From: an uncultured delta proteobacterium
GTDB lineage: Bacteria; Desulfobacterota; Desulfobacteria; Desulfobacterales; JAFDCJ01
Direction of reading: 5' to 3'
Length of the DNA: 64,000 nucleotides
Assembly (NCBI GenBank): GCA_963769935.1
Contig: CAVYNY010000015.1
Span: forward strand, 64,001 to 128,000
In this document: positions 1 to 10,678 of the stretch, piece after piece
Layout: the number at the start of each line of letters is the position of its first letter
Position numbering within the stretch: position 1 is the first letter of the stretch
The notes under the pieces: model-generated
The model's input: the letters and a program-made list of their open reading frames with translations, nothing else
What the model was told of the DNA's origin: nothing
Database searches by the model: none
Made by a program: the position numbers and the translations under genes

Positions 1-747
1 TCTCAGGTAATTGAAATAAATGCCCAGGGAGTAAAAAATCTTCACCCTTTTCCTGCCGAACAATACCGCAAAGGCACCCATCAGACCGGCAATGGCGCCG
101 GAGGCCCCCACCAGCGGTACGGTACTGTTCATATAAATCAGCCAAAAGACCCAAACTGCAAACAATCCTCCGATTATGTAAAGACCGGAATATCGCAGCC
201 GCCCCAGCCCCATTTCGAGCATACAGCCGACAATCCACAAAAAAACCATGTTGCCGAACAAATGGCCCGTACTGGCGTGCATAAACATGTAGGTCAAGGA
301 GGTCAGAAAAGATTTTTTCGCCGGTATAAATCCGTAGTTGAGGGAGGTGAGTTGAGAGCGCTTAGACTCGTAAACGGATCTAAGGTCCTTCCATTCGGCA
401 TACACCGGATCGGAGGGTGTAATGATTTCATCTTTTTCGAGTTTTTTAAGAAAAAGATCATCCTGCTGCATCTCAAGATAAAATTGAACCAGGGTTTCCT
501 GGTCAAGCTGCTCAGGAGCAGCAGCATCGGCAAATTCCTCAAGACGGTCTTCGCGGTAGGCCATGTAGCGGGAGACTTCGATATCCGCCAGACCGGAGTT
601 AAAATAAAATTCGGAAACTCGGTATTGTTTTTCGGTATCGCCGTGCTGGAAAACGAACCACACCAGACAATTTAGCAAAATAATTGCTATGGTCACAACA
701 GGCGGATTCCGCCAGCTTAGTTTTCCGGTCAGTGGGATGATGAACAT
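1..747 (-). CDS. Rhomboid family intramembrane serine protease (runs off window start)
   Basis: Manual translation from ATG at 747 (MFIIPLTGKLSWRNPPVVTIAII...) is open; contains HASTGHLFGNM and catalytic VPLVGASGAIAG (GxSG) motifs. Not in the ORF track because it lacks a stop in the window. Confidence 0.9.
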   Translation of the reverse strand, partial: MFIIPLTGKLSWRNPPVVTIAIILLNCLVWFVFQHGDTEKQYRVSEFYFNSGLADIEVSRYMAYREDRLEEFADAAAPEQLDQETLVQFYLEMQQDDLFLKKLEKDEIITPSDPVYAEWKDLRSVYESKRSQLTSLNYGFIPAKKSFLTSLTYMFMHASTGHLFGNMVFLWIVGCMLEMGLGRLRYSGLYIIGGLFAVWVFWLIYMNSTVPLVGASGAIAGLMGAFAVLFGRKRVKIFYSLGIYFNYLR

Positions 748-756
748 AACAAAGTC

Positions 757-967
757 AATGCCTAAAATGCGCTAAAATGCCTGAGATGCCTAAAATGCAA
801 TGGATTGCTGGTTCATAAGTCCTTTGCCAGTGATGGTTGGTTACGAATATATATCGGTCCTGTGCAAAGCAAACTTAAGAAATTTTCGTTTGAATTCTTT
901 CATTATTTAATGGATAACATGCCGTAATTTTGATAATTTTAGGCAATTTAGGCAATTTAGGCATTTT
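757..967. repeat. Intergenic element bounded by inverted arrays of ~9-bp units (ATGCCTAAA / TTTAGGCAA)
   Basis: aatgcctaaaatgcgctaaaatgcctgagatgcctaaaatgc at 757-798; complementary ttttaggcaatttaggcaatttaggcatttt at ~937-967. Confidence 0.75.
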
Positions 968-1039
968 CCATTTTTGCCCCCCAATGCTGTCCGGAGATGC
1001 TCACTTTTTAGACGCACAGGATTGAAATATACGCAATAT

Positions 1040-2317
1040 CTACCGTTTCCAAATAGGTACATATTGGGTTTCGCGGGGCCCCACGTAAATTTGACGCGGC
1101 CGGCAAAGTTTCCACAGCGGATCGTCAATGCTTTCCTTCCATTGGGCAATCCATCCCGGCAACCGGCCGATGGCGAACATGACGGTAAACATATTGGTTG
1201 GAATACCGATGGCGCGCAGGACGATTCCGGCGTAAAAATCGACATTCGGATAGAGATTGTGCTCGGTGAAATAATCGTCGTTTAAGGCAATTTCCTCCAG
1301 CTCTTTGGCAACTTCAAGCAGCGGATCGGAAATCTTTAATTTATTCAGCAACGTATCGCACATCTTTTTCATGATTTTCATGCGCGGGTCAAAGGTTTTG
1401 TATATACGATGACCAAACCCCATCAATCGGAACGGGTCCTTTTTATCTTTCGCCCGTTCGACGACCTGTTTCATATTTTTATTTTTCGCAATATGGGTCA
1501 ACATTTCGATGACGGCCTGGTTGGCTCCGCCGTGCAGGGGTCCCCAGAGGGCGGCGATGCCGGCCGAAATTGCGGCATACAACGACACCCGGGCACTTCC
1601 TACCATTCGAACCGCAGAGGTCGAGCAGTTCTGCTCATGGTCGGCATGCAAGATCCAAAACGCATTCAGGGCTTTGACCACGTCTTCGTCGATCTCATAC
1701 GGTTTAACCGGAGAATCGAACATCATGTTCAAAAAATTGGCGCAGTAGGCCAGATCCGGCCGTGGGTAGACCACTTTATGCCCGCGCGAAATTTTATACG
1801 ACATCGCCGCCATGGTCCGTACTTTGGACAGCAATCGCGTGACGGTGATATTTATTTCTTCTTCCATGTTCTGCAACTCCGGATAGAAGCCTCGCAGGGC
1901 ATTGACCATGGATGAAAGAATCCCCATGGGATGGGAAGAACGGGGATAGTTTTCAAAAAATGCGCGCATGTCTTCGTGCACCAGTGAATGATCATTGAGC
2001 ATTACCGAAAACTCGGTCAACTCCTTTTGCGTAGGCAGTTTCCCGTTGATAAGAAGATAGGCGGTCTCTTTAAACGTCGACTGCTCTGCCAACTGTTCGA
2101 CGGGAAGGCCGCGGTACCGCAAAATCCCTCTCTCACCATCCATGTAGGTAATGTTGCTGGTACAGCTGCCGGTATTGGCATAACCGGTATCGAGAGTGAT
2201 CAATCCGGTTTCCTGCCGGAGCTGCGAAATGTCGATGGCTTTTTCTCCCTCCGTTCCGGTCACCAGCGGAAGCAGATATTCTTTGTCACCGTAAATTATT
2301 TTTACAAATTCAGTCAT
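1040..2317 (-). CDS. gltA: Citrate synthase
   Basis: 425 aa; LHADHEQNCST, GPLHGGAN, LMGFGHRIY, YPNVDFY motifs. Confidence 0.97.
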   Translation of the reverse strand: MTEFVKIIYGDKEYLLPLVTGTEGEKAIDISQLRQETGLITLDTGYANTGSCTSNITYMDGERGILRYRGLPVEQLAEQSTFKETAYLLINGKLPTQKELTEFSVMLNDHSLVHEDMRAFFENYPRSSHPMGILSSMVNALRGFYPELQNMEEEINITVTRLLSKVRTMAAMSYKISRGHKVVYPRPDLAYCANFLNMMFDSPVKPYEIDEDVVKALNAFWILHADHEQNCSTSAVRMVGSARVSLYAAISAGIAALWGPLHGGANQAVIEMLTHIAKNKNMKQVVERAKDKKDPFRLMGFGHRIYKTFDPRMKIMKKMCDTLLNKLKISDPLLEVAKELEEIALNDDYFTEHNLYPNVDFYAGIVLRAIGIPTNMFTVMFAIGRLPGWIAQWKESIDDPLWKLCRPRQIYVGPRETQYVPIWKR

Positions 2318-2587
2318 AGTACACCCCCCCTATCGTTCAGTGCCGACGCTGATATCCCATAAACCCTGCCGATCTTAACCGGCCATCATTATAATAATAA
2401 CCGGCCAAGGTCAAGCGACTCTGTCTCACAGCAACATCAAGGTAAAATTTAAATCGACGTCTTCCTAAAGACCGCCTGACAGTTTACTTGTAAAGGACTC
2501 TATGATAGTTATTTTGAGTCAATCAGGGAGAGATAGGATCCTGGCCCAAAGGACCAGGTTTTCAATGTCAGACTAAAGGAGGGCCCG

Positions 2588-3382
2588 ATGTCTTTCAAGG
2601 AAAATCTTTTAAAGAAAATCCGGATCAAACAATTAGCCCACGAGGTTCTGGCATCTATCGGTCCGGCAGAAAGCGGCCGAAAAATCGACAAAGACGCCAT
2701 GCGCAGCCTGCTGGAAATGAGTCCCTACCAATATCAGCAGGCACGCGACCTTGATCTTTACATTAAAAAAGGCGACGGCGAGCCGGACCGCATCCTGGTG
2801 CTGGATAACGAGCTGCCGGTTTATAAAACTACAGTGGAAGATGTGCTTATTCGCAAAAGCCCCTATATCAAAGAGATGACGAGGATCGGCAACATCATCA
2901 AAATTCTGAAAGACTCCGATGTGAAAGTGAGCCGAAAAGAAGAATCGGTCAAAACTGTGGAAAAAGAGTGCATTGACCGGCTGGACCTCTCGTTCAACGC
3001 GGCCGACATCAAAGAAATGGCCTCAGAAGGTCTTACGGCCCTTGAAAATGGATATGCCGAGGGGGTTAAAGAAAGCCTGGCCTTGTTCGCGGAGCTTTTG
3101 GGATATCAACCGGCACCCCAAGCCTTTCTGGTCCGCCATCATGAAATTTTTGGCGCTCTTACGGAAAAGCCGGCCGGTGAACTTATTTATGGACCGATCG
3201 TCATTTTCAGCCTGGTCGACAACTCTATGCGGCTGGTTTCGGATCGGATCAGCAGCCTTGATAAACAGCGGGTTGAATACTTTCAGCAGCTGGCCCAGGG
3301 AAAAGAGAAAGCTTCCGTCGAAGGCAGCGCAGTTTTCGAATATCTTGCGAAGGAAGTTTTAGCGCCAAAGGATAAGGGATAA
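2588..3382 (+). CDS. Hypothetical protein
   Basis: 264 aa ORF with AAGGAGGG RBS; no motif recognised. Confidence 0.8.
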   Translation: MSFKENLLKKIRIKQLAHEVLASIGPAESGRKIDKDAMRSLLEMSPYQYQQARDLDLYIKKGDGEPDRILVLDNELPVYKTTVEDVLIRKSPYIKEMTRIGNIIKILKDSDVKVSRKEESVKTVEKECIDRLDLSFNAADIKEMASEGLTALENGYAEGVKESLALFAELLGYQPAPQAFLVRHHEIFGALTEKPAGELIYGPIVIFSLVDNSMRLVSDRISSLDKQRVEYFQQLAQGKEKASVEGSAVFEYLAKEVLAPKDKG

Positions 3383-3736
3383 TCGATATTCCCGTGAGGG
3401 AATTTTCCTCTGCTTATCTTCCTGCTGCTTCTTTTATACTTCTGCAATGTCCATAACTGTTTGCTGCCGGCACCGCCAGGCCCCGGGGCTAAAACCAAAG
3501 AAAATTCAGTGTTTAGGGTTTGGAGCATTGCAGGATTTTGATCGGACCGTTAATTTTCGCTTTCAGGCCCCAATCTTTAATCTGCCTGTGATTTCTCTAA
3601 TATCCATCGCTTTTTTAACAAACTGTAAAAAAAACTGACACCTGAGACCCTGCCGGCGATCAACTTTATAGCCTGCCGGTTCCTTCAAAAGTTGATTGTT
3701 ACGTAAATTAAGATACATACCTGAAGTCACCGATTC

Positions 3737-3752
3737 TGGCACAACGTTTGCT
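3737..3752 (+). promoter_or_regulatory. Sigma54 (-24/-12) promoter
   Basis: TGGCACAACGTTTGCT = GG-N10-GC consensus, ~200 bp upstream of the CBS/SLC13 pair. Confidence 0.75.
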
Positions 3753-3950
3753 CAAAAGCATGCTGATCCGGCAGGATTCAGTATTAAATTTTCATTTGCC
3801 GGAAAGAAGAAAACAGCCAATGACTACTCCGCAGGTAATGTTAGTCGACAAGGAAAGTTGCAGTCACATACCATCGGGACAATAGCAGAATTATATACAT
3901 AAACTTCAAATTATGATAGGGGTCTCTAACTTTTTACAGGGATCAAGGAG

Positions 3951-4514
3951 GTGCCTATGAAATCTTATAAAGTAAGCGAGTTAATGGTGCCGCTTTCAGA
4001 GTATGCTACCGTATCCGAGGATGCCAATCTGTTTGAAGCCGTCCTGGCGCTGGAAAAAGCCCAGGAAAAGTTCGAAGAGAAGCATACCCGTTATCGCCAC
4101 CGGGCGATTCTGATACTCGATAGAGACCAAAAGGTGGTCGGCAAACTCAGCCAGCTGGATGTGCTCAAGGCCCTGGAACCGAAATACCGGGATATGCTTC
4201 AAGGGAAGGGATCGCACCGGTTTGGATTCAGCAAAAAATTCATGCAATCCATGCTGCAGGAATATAAACTCTTCGCCAATCCCCTGGAAGATATCTGCCG
4301 CAAAGCCGGGGAGAAAAACGTCAAGGAATTTATGTATGCGCCTGAAGAAGGCGAATACGTGGAAGAGGATGCGTCGCTGGACCGGGCTATTCATCAGTTG
4401 GTGATGGGACACCACCAGTCCCTGCTGGTCACCCGGAATGAAAAAATCGTCGGCGTCCTGCGGCTGACCGATGTGTTCGCTGCAGTTTTCCATAAGATGA
4501 AGGAGTGCTTTTAG
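3951..4514 (+). CDS. CBS domain-containing protein
   Basis: Paired CBS repeats (VSELMVP..TVSEDANL; IVGVLRLTDVF); the start may be the ATG at 3957. Confidence 0.88.
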   Translation: MPMKSYKVSELMVPLSEYATVSEDANLFEAVLALEKAQEKFEEKHTRYRHRAILILDRDQKVVGKLSQLDVLKALEPKYRDMLQGKGSHRFGFSKKFMQSMLQEYKLFANPLEDICRKAGEKNVKEFMYAPEEGEYVEEDASLDRAIHQLVMGHHQSLLVTRNEKIVGVLRLTDVFAAVFHKMKECF

Positions 4515-4591
4515 TAAAAGGCGCTGCCTGGCGGCGCGGCTGCCTGGTATTACGAAGCGAGGGTTTCACAGGAAGGAGGAGGAGAGTGGCG

Positions 4592-6061
4592 ATGAGTGAC
4601 CATACTGCTGAAACGAAGAATTTCGACCTGAAAAAAATGGGGTTTCTTTTCCTTGGAATTGCGATTTTCGCCGTGGTTTACTGGTCGCCTGCCTGGTCCG
4701 ATGCCGTGGATCCCATGGGCAAACATTTTGCGTTGACCCGGGAGGCCAAAGGGGCCCTGGCCGTGTTTCTGCTGGCCGGGACCTGGTGGGTTTTCGAGGT
4801 GGTGCCCATCGGGATCACCAGCCTGGCCATCGGCGTCCTGCAGGCGCTTTTTTTAATCCGTTCAGCTCAGGACGCCTTTACGGACTTCATGGTGCCCTCG
4901 GTCATGTTTATCTTTGCCTCGATCGTGATCGGCCTTGTGTTCACCAAAACCGGTCTGACCCGGCGTTTGGCTTATCGGATGCTGGTGATTGTCGGTGAAA
5001 AAACCAGCATGATCTATCTGGGATGCTTCGTGGTCACCGGCCTTTTAACTCACATCATGGCCCACACCGCGGTGGCGGCGACCATTTACCCCCTGATGGT
5101 GTCAATTTACGGCCTTTACGGCGAGGGCGATAAAAAGACCAAATTCGGCAAGGGGCTTTTTATCGGTATGGCCTATGTCGCCGGGGCCGGCAGTATCATC
5201 ACCCTGTTGGGAGCCGCCCGCGGCGCCGTTGCTATAGGCTTTTTCAAGGAGATAATGGGCAAGGAAATTACCTTTTTCCAGCTGACCTACTATATGTTTC
5301 CCATCGGCTGGATCATGATATTCGCCCTCTGGGGATTTTTTATGATACTTTGCAAGCCCGAAAAAGCTACGATTCCGGGACTGCGCGAAAGGGCCCGGCG
5401 ATTGAACGCCGACATGGGTCCCCTGACCCGCAACGAGATCAGGGCTGCGGTCATCGTCGGGGCATGTATATTGACCATGGCGCTGCGTTCATTCATCCCG
5501 GCCTTAAAACCCATTGACAAAACCGCTGTCATCCTGGTTTCAACCATCCTGTTTTTTATAACGGGCATCCTGGATCTGGACGATTTGGAATCCATCCCCT
5601 GGAATATCATTCTGCTGTTTTCCGGCGCCATGAGCATCGGCAACTGCCTGTGGCAAACCGGGGCCGCCAACTGGCTGGCGGTCAACTGGCTGCTCATGTT
5701 CCAGAATGCCCACTGGTTCGTGTTTGTAATGAGCATCGCCTTTTTCGTGATGATCATGACCAACTTTATCATGAACGTGGCGGCCATCGCGATTTCCCTG
5801 CCGGTGGCCCTCGTCATTGCCCCATACCTGGGAGTAGCCGGCGAGGTTATACTGTTTGCGGCCCTGATCACCGCCGGGATGCCGTTTTTATTGCTGGTGG
5901 GCGCCGCCCCCAACGCGATCGCCTATGACTCCAACCAATTTACCGCCGGTGAATTTTTTCTATACGGTATACCGGCCAGCATCCTGCTGATGATTGTCAC
6001 GGGCTTTGCCATATTTGTCCTCTGGCCCCTGATGGGCATGCCGGTGACGCTGGGGGGCTGA
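4592..6061 (+). CDS. SLC13/DASS family anion (dicarboxylate/sulfate) transporter
   Basis: Multi-TM; AHTAVAA, TLLGAARG, VGAAPNAIAY motifs; ATG at 4592 after GGAGGAG. Confidence 0.9.
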   Translation: MSDHTAETKNFDLKKMGFLFLGIAIFAVVYWSPAWSDAVDPMGKHFALTREAKGALAVFLLAGTWWVFEVVPIGITSLAIGVLQALFLIRSAQDAFTDFMVPSVMFIFASIVIGLVFTKTGLTRRLAYRMLVIVGEKTSMIYLGCFVVTGLLTHIMAHTAVAATIYPLMVSIYGLYGEGDKKTKFGKGLFIGMAYVAGAGSIITLLGAARGAVAIGFFKEIMGKEITFFQLTYYMFPIGWIMIFALWGFFMILCKPEKATIPGLRERARRLNADMGPLTRNEIRAAVIVGACILTMALRSFIPALKPIDKTAVILVSTILFFITGILDLDDLESIPWNIILLFSGAMSIGNCLWQTGAANWLAVNWLLMFQNAHWFVFVMSIAFFVMIMTNFIMNVAAIAISLPVALVIAPYLGVAGEVILFAALITAGMPFLLLVGAAPNAIAYDSNQFTAGEFFLYGIPASILLMIVTGFAIFVLWPLMGMPVTLGG

Positions 6062-6069
6062 CCAGATAG

Positions 6070-6378
6070 AATGTCGAACATCGAACGTCGAGCATCGAAC
6101 GTCCAATATTGCGGCGCTGCGCTTTATCTATTTTAAAACTGGCCAACTGCAGAATCCACCAAAGGCGGACAATCTTCGAATGGTCGATGAGCTCGTGCAG
6201 CACACACGCCGCGTACTGTTTGGTATTTTTTAAATGGACAGAATTCAATATTCGATGTTGGACGTTCAATGTTCGATGTTCACTATTTTCCTTTCCTATC
6301 AAACTGACCGCTTTGCAGCCAGCAACTGGGCTGACACCTGAACGCTGAACCCTGAACCCCTGAACCTATGAACCCCTA
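6070..6378. repeat. Composite intergenic repeat element (inverted TCGAACA/TGTTCGA heptamer arrays, dispersed motif, CCTGAAC array)
   Basis: gtcgaacatcgaacgtcgagcatcgaacgtc ... ttcgatgttggacgttcaatgttcgatgttc, then cctgaacgctgaaccctgaacccctgaacc. Confidence 0.8.
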
Positions 6379-6388
6379 ATCTATATTT

Positions 6389-7810
6389 TCAAGGTTGAAT
6401 CAGGATGGTCGGAAACAACCCTTCCAGGTCCCCGTCGGTATAAGGCTGAATCGTATTAAAAGAAATTTTCTGGTTCTTTTGGGCATGTCCCGTATTGGCC
6501 GCACCGTTAAAATAAGCGCCGTTGGCCTCCAGGATGTGTTGAATGCGGTCGCGGAAGGCGGAAACAAAGCCGGCGCCATGGCCCTCGAAAGACAGCTTGC
6601 CTTTGACCAACCCTCCATCGATTTTAGAGAAATCCTCGAGCGCCATGCTGTTGAGCTCCAGGTCGGCCGGATCTGTGATCAGGCCCCAGACCAGATGGCC
6701 CGGCGGTATGGTTAGGGGGTTTTTAACATCGATGATGGTATGGGGCATGATGATGCTTTCTTGACCGATGGTCAATCGGCTCTTCGAATCTCCCCGCAAA
6801 AAGCTGTTGAACCCGACGAATACGTTTTTTCCCAGATCGGCCTCGATGATTTTTGCCCCGTGAGCGGTCACATCGAAACCTTCCAGCCGGGAGTTGATAA
6901 TATAGCAATTTTCCTGGGCATTGGCGCCCTTGCCCAGCCATGCATTTTGAAGGTAGGCGCGCTGTGCGACCAGGACATTCTCGCTGATGCAAATTTTGGG
7001 TCTGATCACGGCAAACCGGTCCAGCGAAGCGTTGGAAGGCACCAGGACGGGCGGCTCGAGTTTGACGACGTCAAAGATGCGCTGAAAGTCTTCTTTGCGG
7101 TCCTTCATAAAATCAATGAACACCCCCTGCGGGGGCCTGCCCGCCGCAAAATTGACATAACGGTTCAATTTGTCCAGCGGATAGCGGTATAGAAAATTGA
7201 ACACGCCGGGATTGCGGATCCACACGGTACCGGGGGCGACATTAAGATGACCGATTTCGCCGGCCTGGACGTATGAAAAGGTTCCGATAACGCAATCGCG
7301 CATGGTGGTCAGGTCAACGGTGGCAAACGGTCCGAGGAAACACCCGTCCGACGGCGACCCGTGGATATTGGCGTAATGCGTGGCTACGGTATCCTTGATG
7401 AAGAATTCTTCTAAAGATTCCGGGTCATGGGAATAATTGTGGACCAGGGTTTTGACAAGCAAACTGTCTTCGATGTCGATGCCCTCGTCCCGGCTGAGCG
7501 GGATTTCAAACTTTTGATAACGAAATATATCCCCCCGATGTTTGAGTTCGTCGCCCCGGATATCGCTTTTGTAAAGGATCGAGTTGGCCGTGCGGATCTT
7601 GCCCAGAAAATAGCTGCCGGCCAGACTGGAATGCCTGAATTCAAAGCTCGGCGGATGGTGCGGGGTGATGCCGTAGAATGCATAGAATTCGACCATCTTG
7701 TTCAGGGCAACCAGATTTTGGATGAAGGGGGAGACATCGTAGTCGAGTTCCCGCAGATTGATATTGATCCGCTGCACGATCCGGTCCAGGAGTTTTTGAA
7801 GTTCTTTCAT
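6389..7810 (-). CDS. Left-handed beta-helix (hexapeptide repeat) transferase-like protein
   Basis: Hexapeptide-like repeats (LGKGANAQENCYIINS, TAHGAKII, LGKNVFVGFNS, IGQESIIMPH). Confidence 0.7.
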   Translation of the reverse strand: MKELQKLLDRIVQRININLRELDYDVSPFIQNLVALNKMVEFYAFYGITPHHPPSFEFRHSSLAGSYFLGKIRTANSILYKSDIRGDELKHRGDIFRYQKFEIPLSRDEGIDIEDSLLVKTLVHNYSHDPESLEEFFIKDTVATHYANIHGSPSDGCFLGPFATVDLTTMRDCVIGTFSYVQAGEIGHLNVAPGTVWIRNPGVFNFLYRYPLDKLNRYVNFAAGRPPQGVFIDFMKDRKEDFQRIFDVVKLEPPVLVPSNASLDRFAVIRPKICISENVLVAQRAYLQNAWLGKGANAQENCYIINSRLEGFDVTAHGAKIIEADLGKNVFVGFNSFLRGDSKSRLTIGQESIIMPHTIIDVKNPLTIPPGHLVWGLITDPADLELNSMALEDFSKIDGGLVKGKLSFEGHGAGFVSAFRDRIQHILEANGAYFNGAANTGHAQKNQKISFNTIQPYTDGDLEGLFPTILIQP

Positions 7811-8055
7811 CGGCGATCCTTGTTTCAGATATACAAAATCAGGTGATTCCAGGGTCGAGGCGGCTACCTTAAATTAAGATTGTTTTAAACTCAAGCTGTT
7901 TTCGGGAATTTAGCCTTGCAGACGGCTATTTGAAGCCGATTCCCATATTTTCCTTGACATGCGAGCGGCATCACATATATCTACCTTAAGAATTATCGCC
8001 TCATTTAAGAAGTAAATTCTATTCAGCATAAACACTAACAAAAGGAGGTTAAAAG

Positions 8056-9081
8056 ATGAAAAAGCTAGGCGTACTTTTTGTCTGGGGATTGGTCGGTGTC
8101 TTTCTTCTTTGCGGCATCGCCGCAGCGAAGGAAACCGTAGTAGTTTATACCTCGCTGGAAAATGAAGAAGTAGTCGAATATCTGAAATTGGCCGAAAAAG
8201 AGCTGCCCGATCTGGATGTCCAGGCCATCCGCCTGTCAACCGGGGAACTCGGGGCGCGCATGCTGGCCGAAAAGGACAACCCCCAGACCGACTGCATCTG
8301 GGGCTGGGCCGTTACGAATATGTCGGAATTTGTTCCCAAGGGTATGCTGATGCCCTATAAACCGAAGACCTGGGATATGATCCCGGCGCACTTTAAAGAG
8401 CCTATGGGATACTGGACGGCAATGGATTTATACGCCGCCGCGCTGATCCCCAACACGAAAGTCTTGGCGGAAAAAAACCTGCCGATGCCCAAAGGCTGGC
8501 ACGACCTCTTGAATCCGGGCTTCAAGGGCCAGCTGATCATGCCCAATCCGGCAAGTTCCGGCACCGGTTTTTTGCAGGTGGCCAGCCTGCTGGTTCTGCT
8601 GGACCCGGACTATAAGAGCAAGCCGGTTGAACAGAATAAAGGCTGGGATTTTCTTAAAAAATTGGACAAGAATATGGGGCAGTACATTAAATCGGGTTCC
8701 AAACCTGCCAAATTGACGGCTTCCGGCGAATATGCAGTCGGCTGCTCGTTTGCGTTCGTATATTCATCATTGAAAAAGAAGGGCTTCCCGGTGGCGCTGG
8801 TCATGCCTGATGAAGGTGCCGGCTATGAGCTCGAAGCCAATGCCCTGCTGAAAGGTGCCAAGCATGAAGCCGCCGCCAAGCAATTTCTGGATTGGGCCAT
8901 CAGCAAGAGCGCCATGCAGGAATATGCCAAATTCAAGCTCGGTGTAACCTATCCCGGTATTCCCGGGCCCCCGGATCTACCGGCTTTGTCATCCATTAAA
9001 CTGGCGCCGATGGATTTCCCCTGGCAGTCTGAAAATCGCGCCAAGATACTGGAATACTGGCAGAGTCTTTTCCTGAAATAA
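8056..9081 (+). CDS. ABC transporter substrate-binding protein (PhnS/Fe3+-type; possibly 2-aminoethylphosphonate)
   Basis: Signal peptide; VYTSLE, RLSTGEL, MPNPASSGTG, YIKSGSKPA. Confidence 0.85.
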   Translation: MKKLGVLFVWGLVGVFLLCGIAAAKETVVVYTSLENEEVVEYLKLAEKELPDLDVQAIRLSTGELGARMLAEKDNPQTDCIWGWAVTNMSEFVPKGMLMPYKPKTWDMIPAHFKEPMGYWTAMDLYAAALIPNTKVLAEKNLPMPKGWHDLLNPGFKGQLIMPNPASSGTGFLQVASLLVLLDPDYKSKPVEQNKGWDFLKKLDKNMGQYIKSGSKPAKLTASGEYAVGCSFAFVYSSLKKKGFPVALVMPDEGAGYELEANALLKGAKHEAAAKQFLDWAISKSAMQEYAKFKLGVTYPGIPGPPDLPALSSIKLAPMDFPWQSENRAKILEYWQSLFLK

Positions 9082-9179
9082 AGGTTGGTCGATCAAGCCT
9101 TTTAAAAAACTTCATAGATCCTGCACGCGGGATCTATGAAGTTTTGTCTTTCTGAGCCTGGCGCTAAGAGGAACTTTTT

Positions 9180-10277
9180 ATGGAAACCACCTCCAAACAG
9201 CTCGTTTTGGAAAACATCTGCAAAAACTTCGGTCCGTTGGTAGCAGTTCAGGATGTTAATCTTGCTATCGAACCCGGTGAATTTATTTGCTTTCTGGGCC
9301 CGAGCGGATGCGGCAAAACCACCCTTTTGAGAATCATCACCGGATTTGAGCAGGCCACATCGGGCCAAATCAGGTATGACGGCAAAATTATCAATGACGT
9401 CATTCCGCAAAAGAGAGACTTTGGCATTGTTTTTCAATCCTACGCCCTGTTTCCGAACATGACGGTGCAGGAGAATGTCGCCTTTGGTCTGAAAATGCGC
9501 CGGATGCCTCAAAAACTGATCGATGAAAGGGTCGCTGAAATTTTGCAGCTCGTAGGCCTGACCGAATGGTCCCGCCACTATCCTTCGCAGTTGAGCGGCG
9601 GGCAGCAGCAGCGGGTGGCACTGGGCAGAGCGCTGGCCATCAAACCGAGGGTGCTGCTGCTGGATGAACCGTTGAGTGCGCTGGATGCCAAGATCCGGGT
9701 GCGCCTGAGAATCGTCATCAAAAAGCTGCAGGAAGAACTGGGAATTACGATGATTTATGTCACCCATGACCAGGAGGAGGCGCTGGCCCTGGCCGATCGC
9801 GTTGCCGTCATGCGCAACGGTGAAATCAGGCAGATCGGCACACCGTGGGAAATCTACAAAGAACCCCAATCAAGCTTTATTGCGGAATTTGTGGGCACCT
9901 CTAATTTTATCGCCGGACAAAAGAAAAACGGCAAAGTCCGATTCGGCCGGCTGGAGCTGACGGTTGCCGACTTGGACGCTGTCGACAGCGAAACAGTATA
10001 TCTGGCGATACGACCCGAAAATATTGAGCTGCTGGATGAGACCATGTCGAGCGCCCACCATGGGTCATCAAATATCGTCGAAGTAGAAGCGGAAGTAATC
10101 AATTTTCTCGGCGCGGTCGTGCGTGTTACCTTCAGTCTGGAAGGTGAAGAAATAATCGTGGATATTTCGGAAAAAGAGTTTGAAAGAATCAACTTGAAAA
10201 GAAAGGATAAATTCAAGCTCTATTTCCCGCCCGATGCATTTCATGTGTATTCGGAAATGTTTCGAAAACTTATCTAG
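9180..10277 (+). CDS. ABC transporter ATP-binding protein (PotA/FbpC/PhnT-like)
   Basis: GPSGCGKT, LSGGQQQR, LLLDEP; C-terminal TOBE-like region. Confidence 0.95.
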   Translation: METTSKQLVLENICKNFGPLVAVQDVNLAIEPGEFICFLGPSGCGKTTLLRIITGFEQATSGQIRYDGKIINDVIPQKRDFGIVFQSYALFPNMTVQENVAFGLKMRRMPQKLIDERVAEILQLVGLTEWSRHYPSQLSGGQQQRVALGRALAIKPRVLLLDEPLSALDAKIRVRLRIVIKKLQEELGITMIYVTHDQEEALALADRVAVMRNGEIRQIGTPWEIYKEPQSSFIAEFVGTSNFIAGQKKNGKVRFGRLELTVADLDAVDSETVYLAIRPENIELLDETMSSAHHGSSNIVEVEAEVINFLGAVVRVTFSLEGEEIIVDISEKEFERINLKRKDKFKLYFPPDAFHVYSEMFRKLI

Positions 10278-10327
10278 TGCCGGAATTTGGCACTCCGATC
10301 TCGTGTGAAATTTCAATGAAGGTCTGT

Positions 10328-10671
10328 GGAATGGATTCGATTTTTATTTTTATTTAGACAGGATTATCAGGATTATCAGGAATTTTTTCGCCTGCGGCGA
10401 GGAATCTTTCGGCCGAAGGCCGCCATATCCTAACGATCCTGTTGATCCTGTCCAATTATTTTCTTTAAAATAAGAATCCATTCCTTTTTTTACTTCCAAT
10501 TGAAAAGTTTTTTATCTGATCAGACTGAACGCTTGCGGCCAGCGGCCGAGTTCATATCTAACGGACCAAGTCGCTTTTAAGAATAACTGGGGAATTTAAG
10601 GATTCAGGGATTCAATATGGAAACGTCTTCCTATTTAAATCCGAAATCCACATTCCGCATTCCGAAATCAA
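10328..10671. repeat. Nested inverted-repeat intergenic element inside the ABC operon
   Basis: GGAATGGATTC (10328) / GAATCCATTCC (10474) enclose CAGGATTAT arrays and the complementary ATCCTG arrays; dispersed motif at 10518-10548; ATTCCGC/AATCCGA heptamers at 10637-10671. Confidence 0.75.
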
Positions 10672-10678
10672 ATGAATT

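Noticed and set aside
5997..6348. ORFs such as ..EHRTLNVQHRILNS.. (also 32325-32698 and 23204-23392)
   Set aside because: They are translations of the periodic repeat elements, not credible genes
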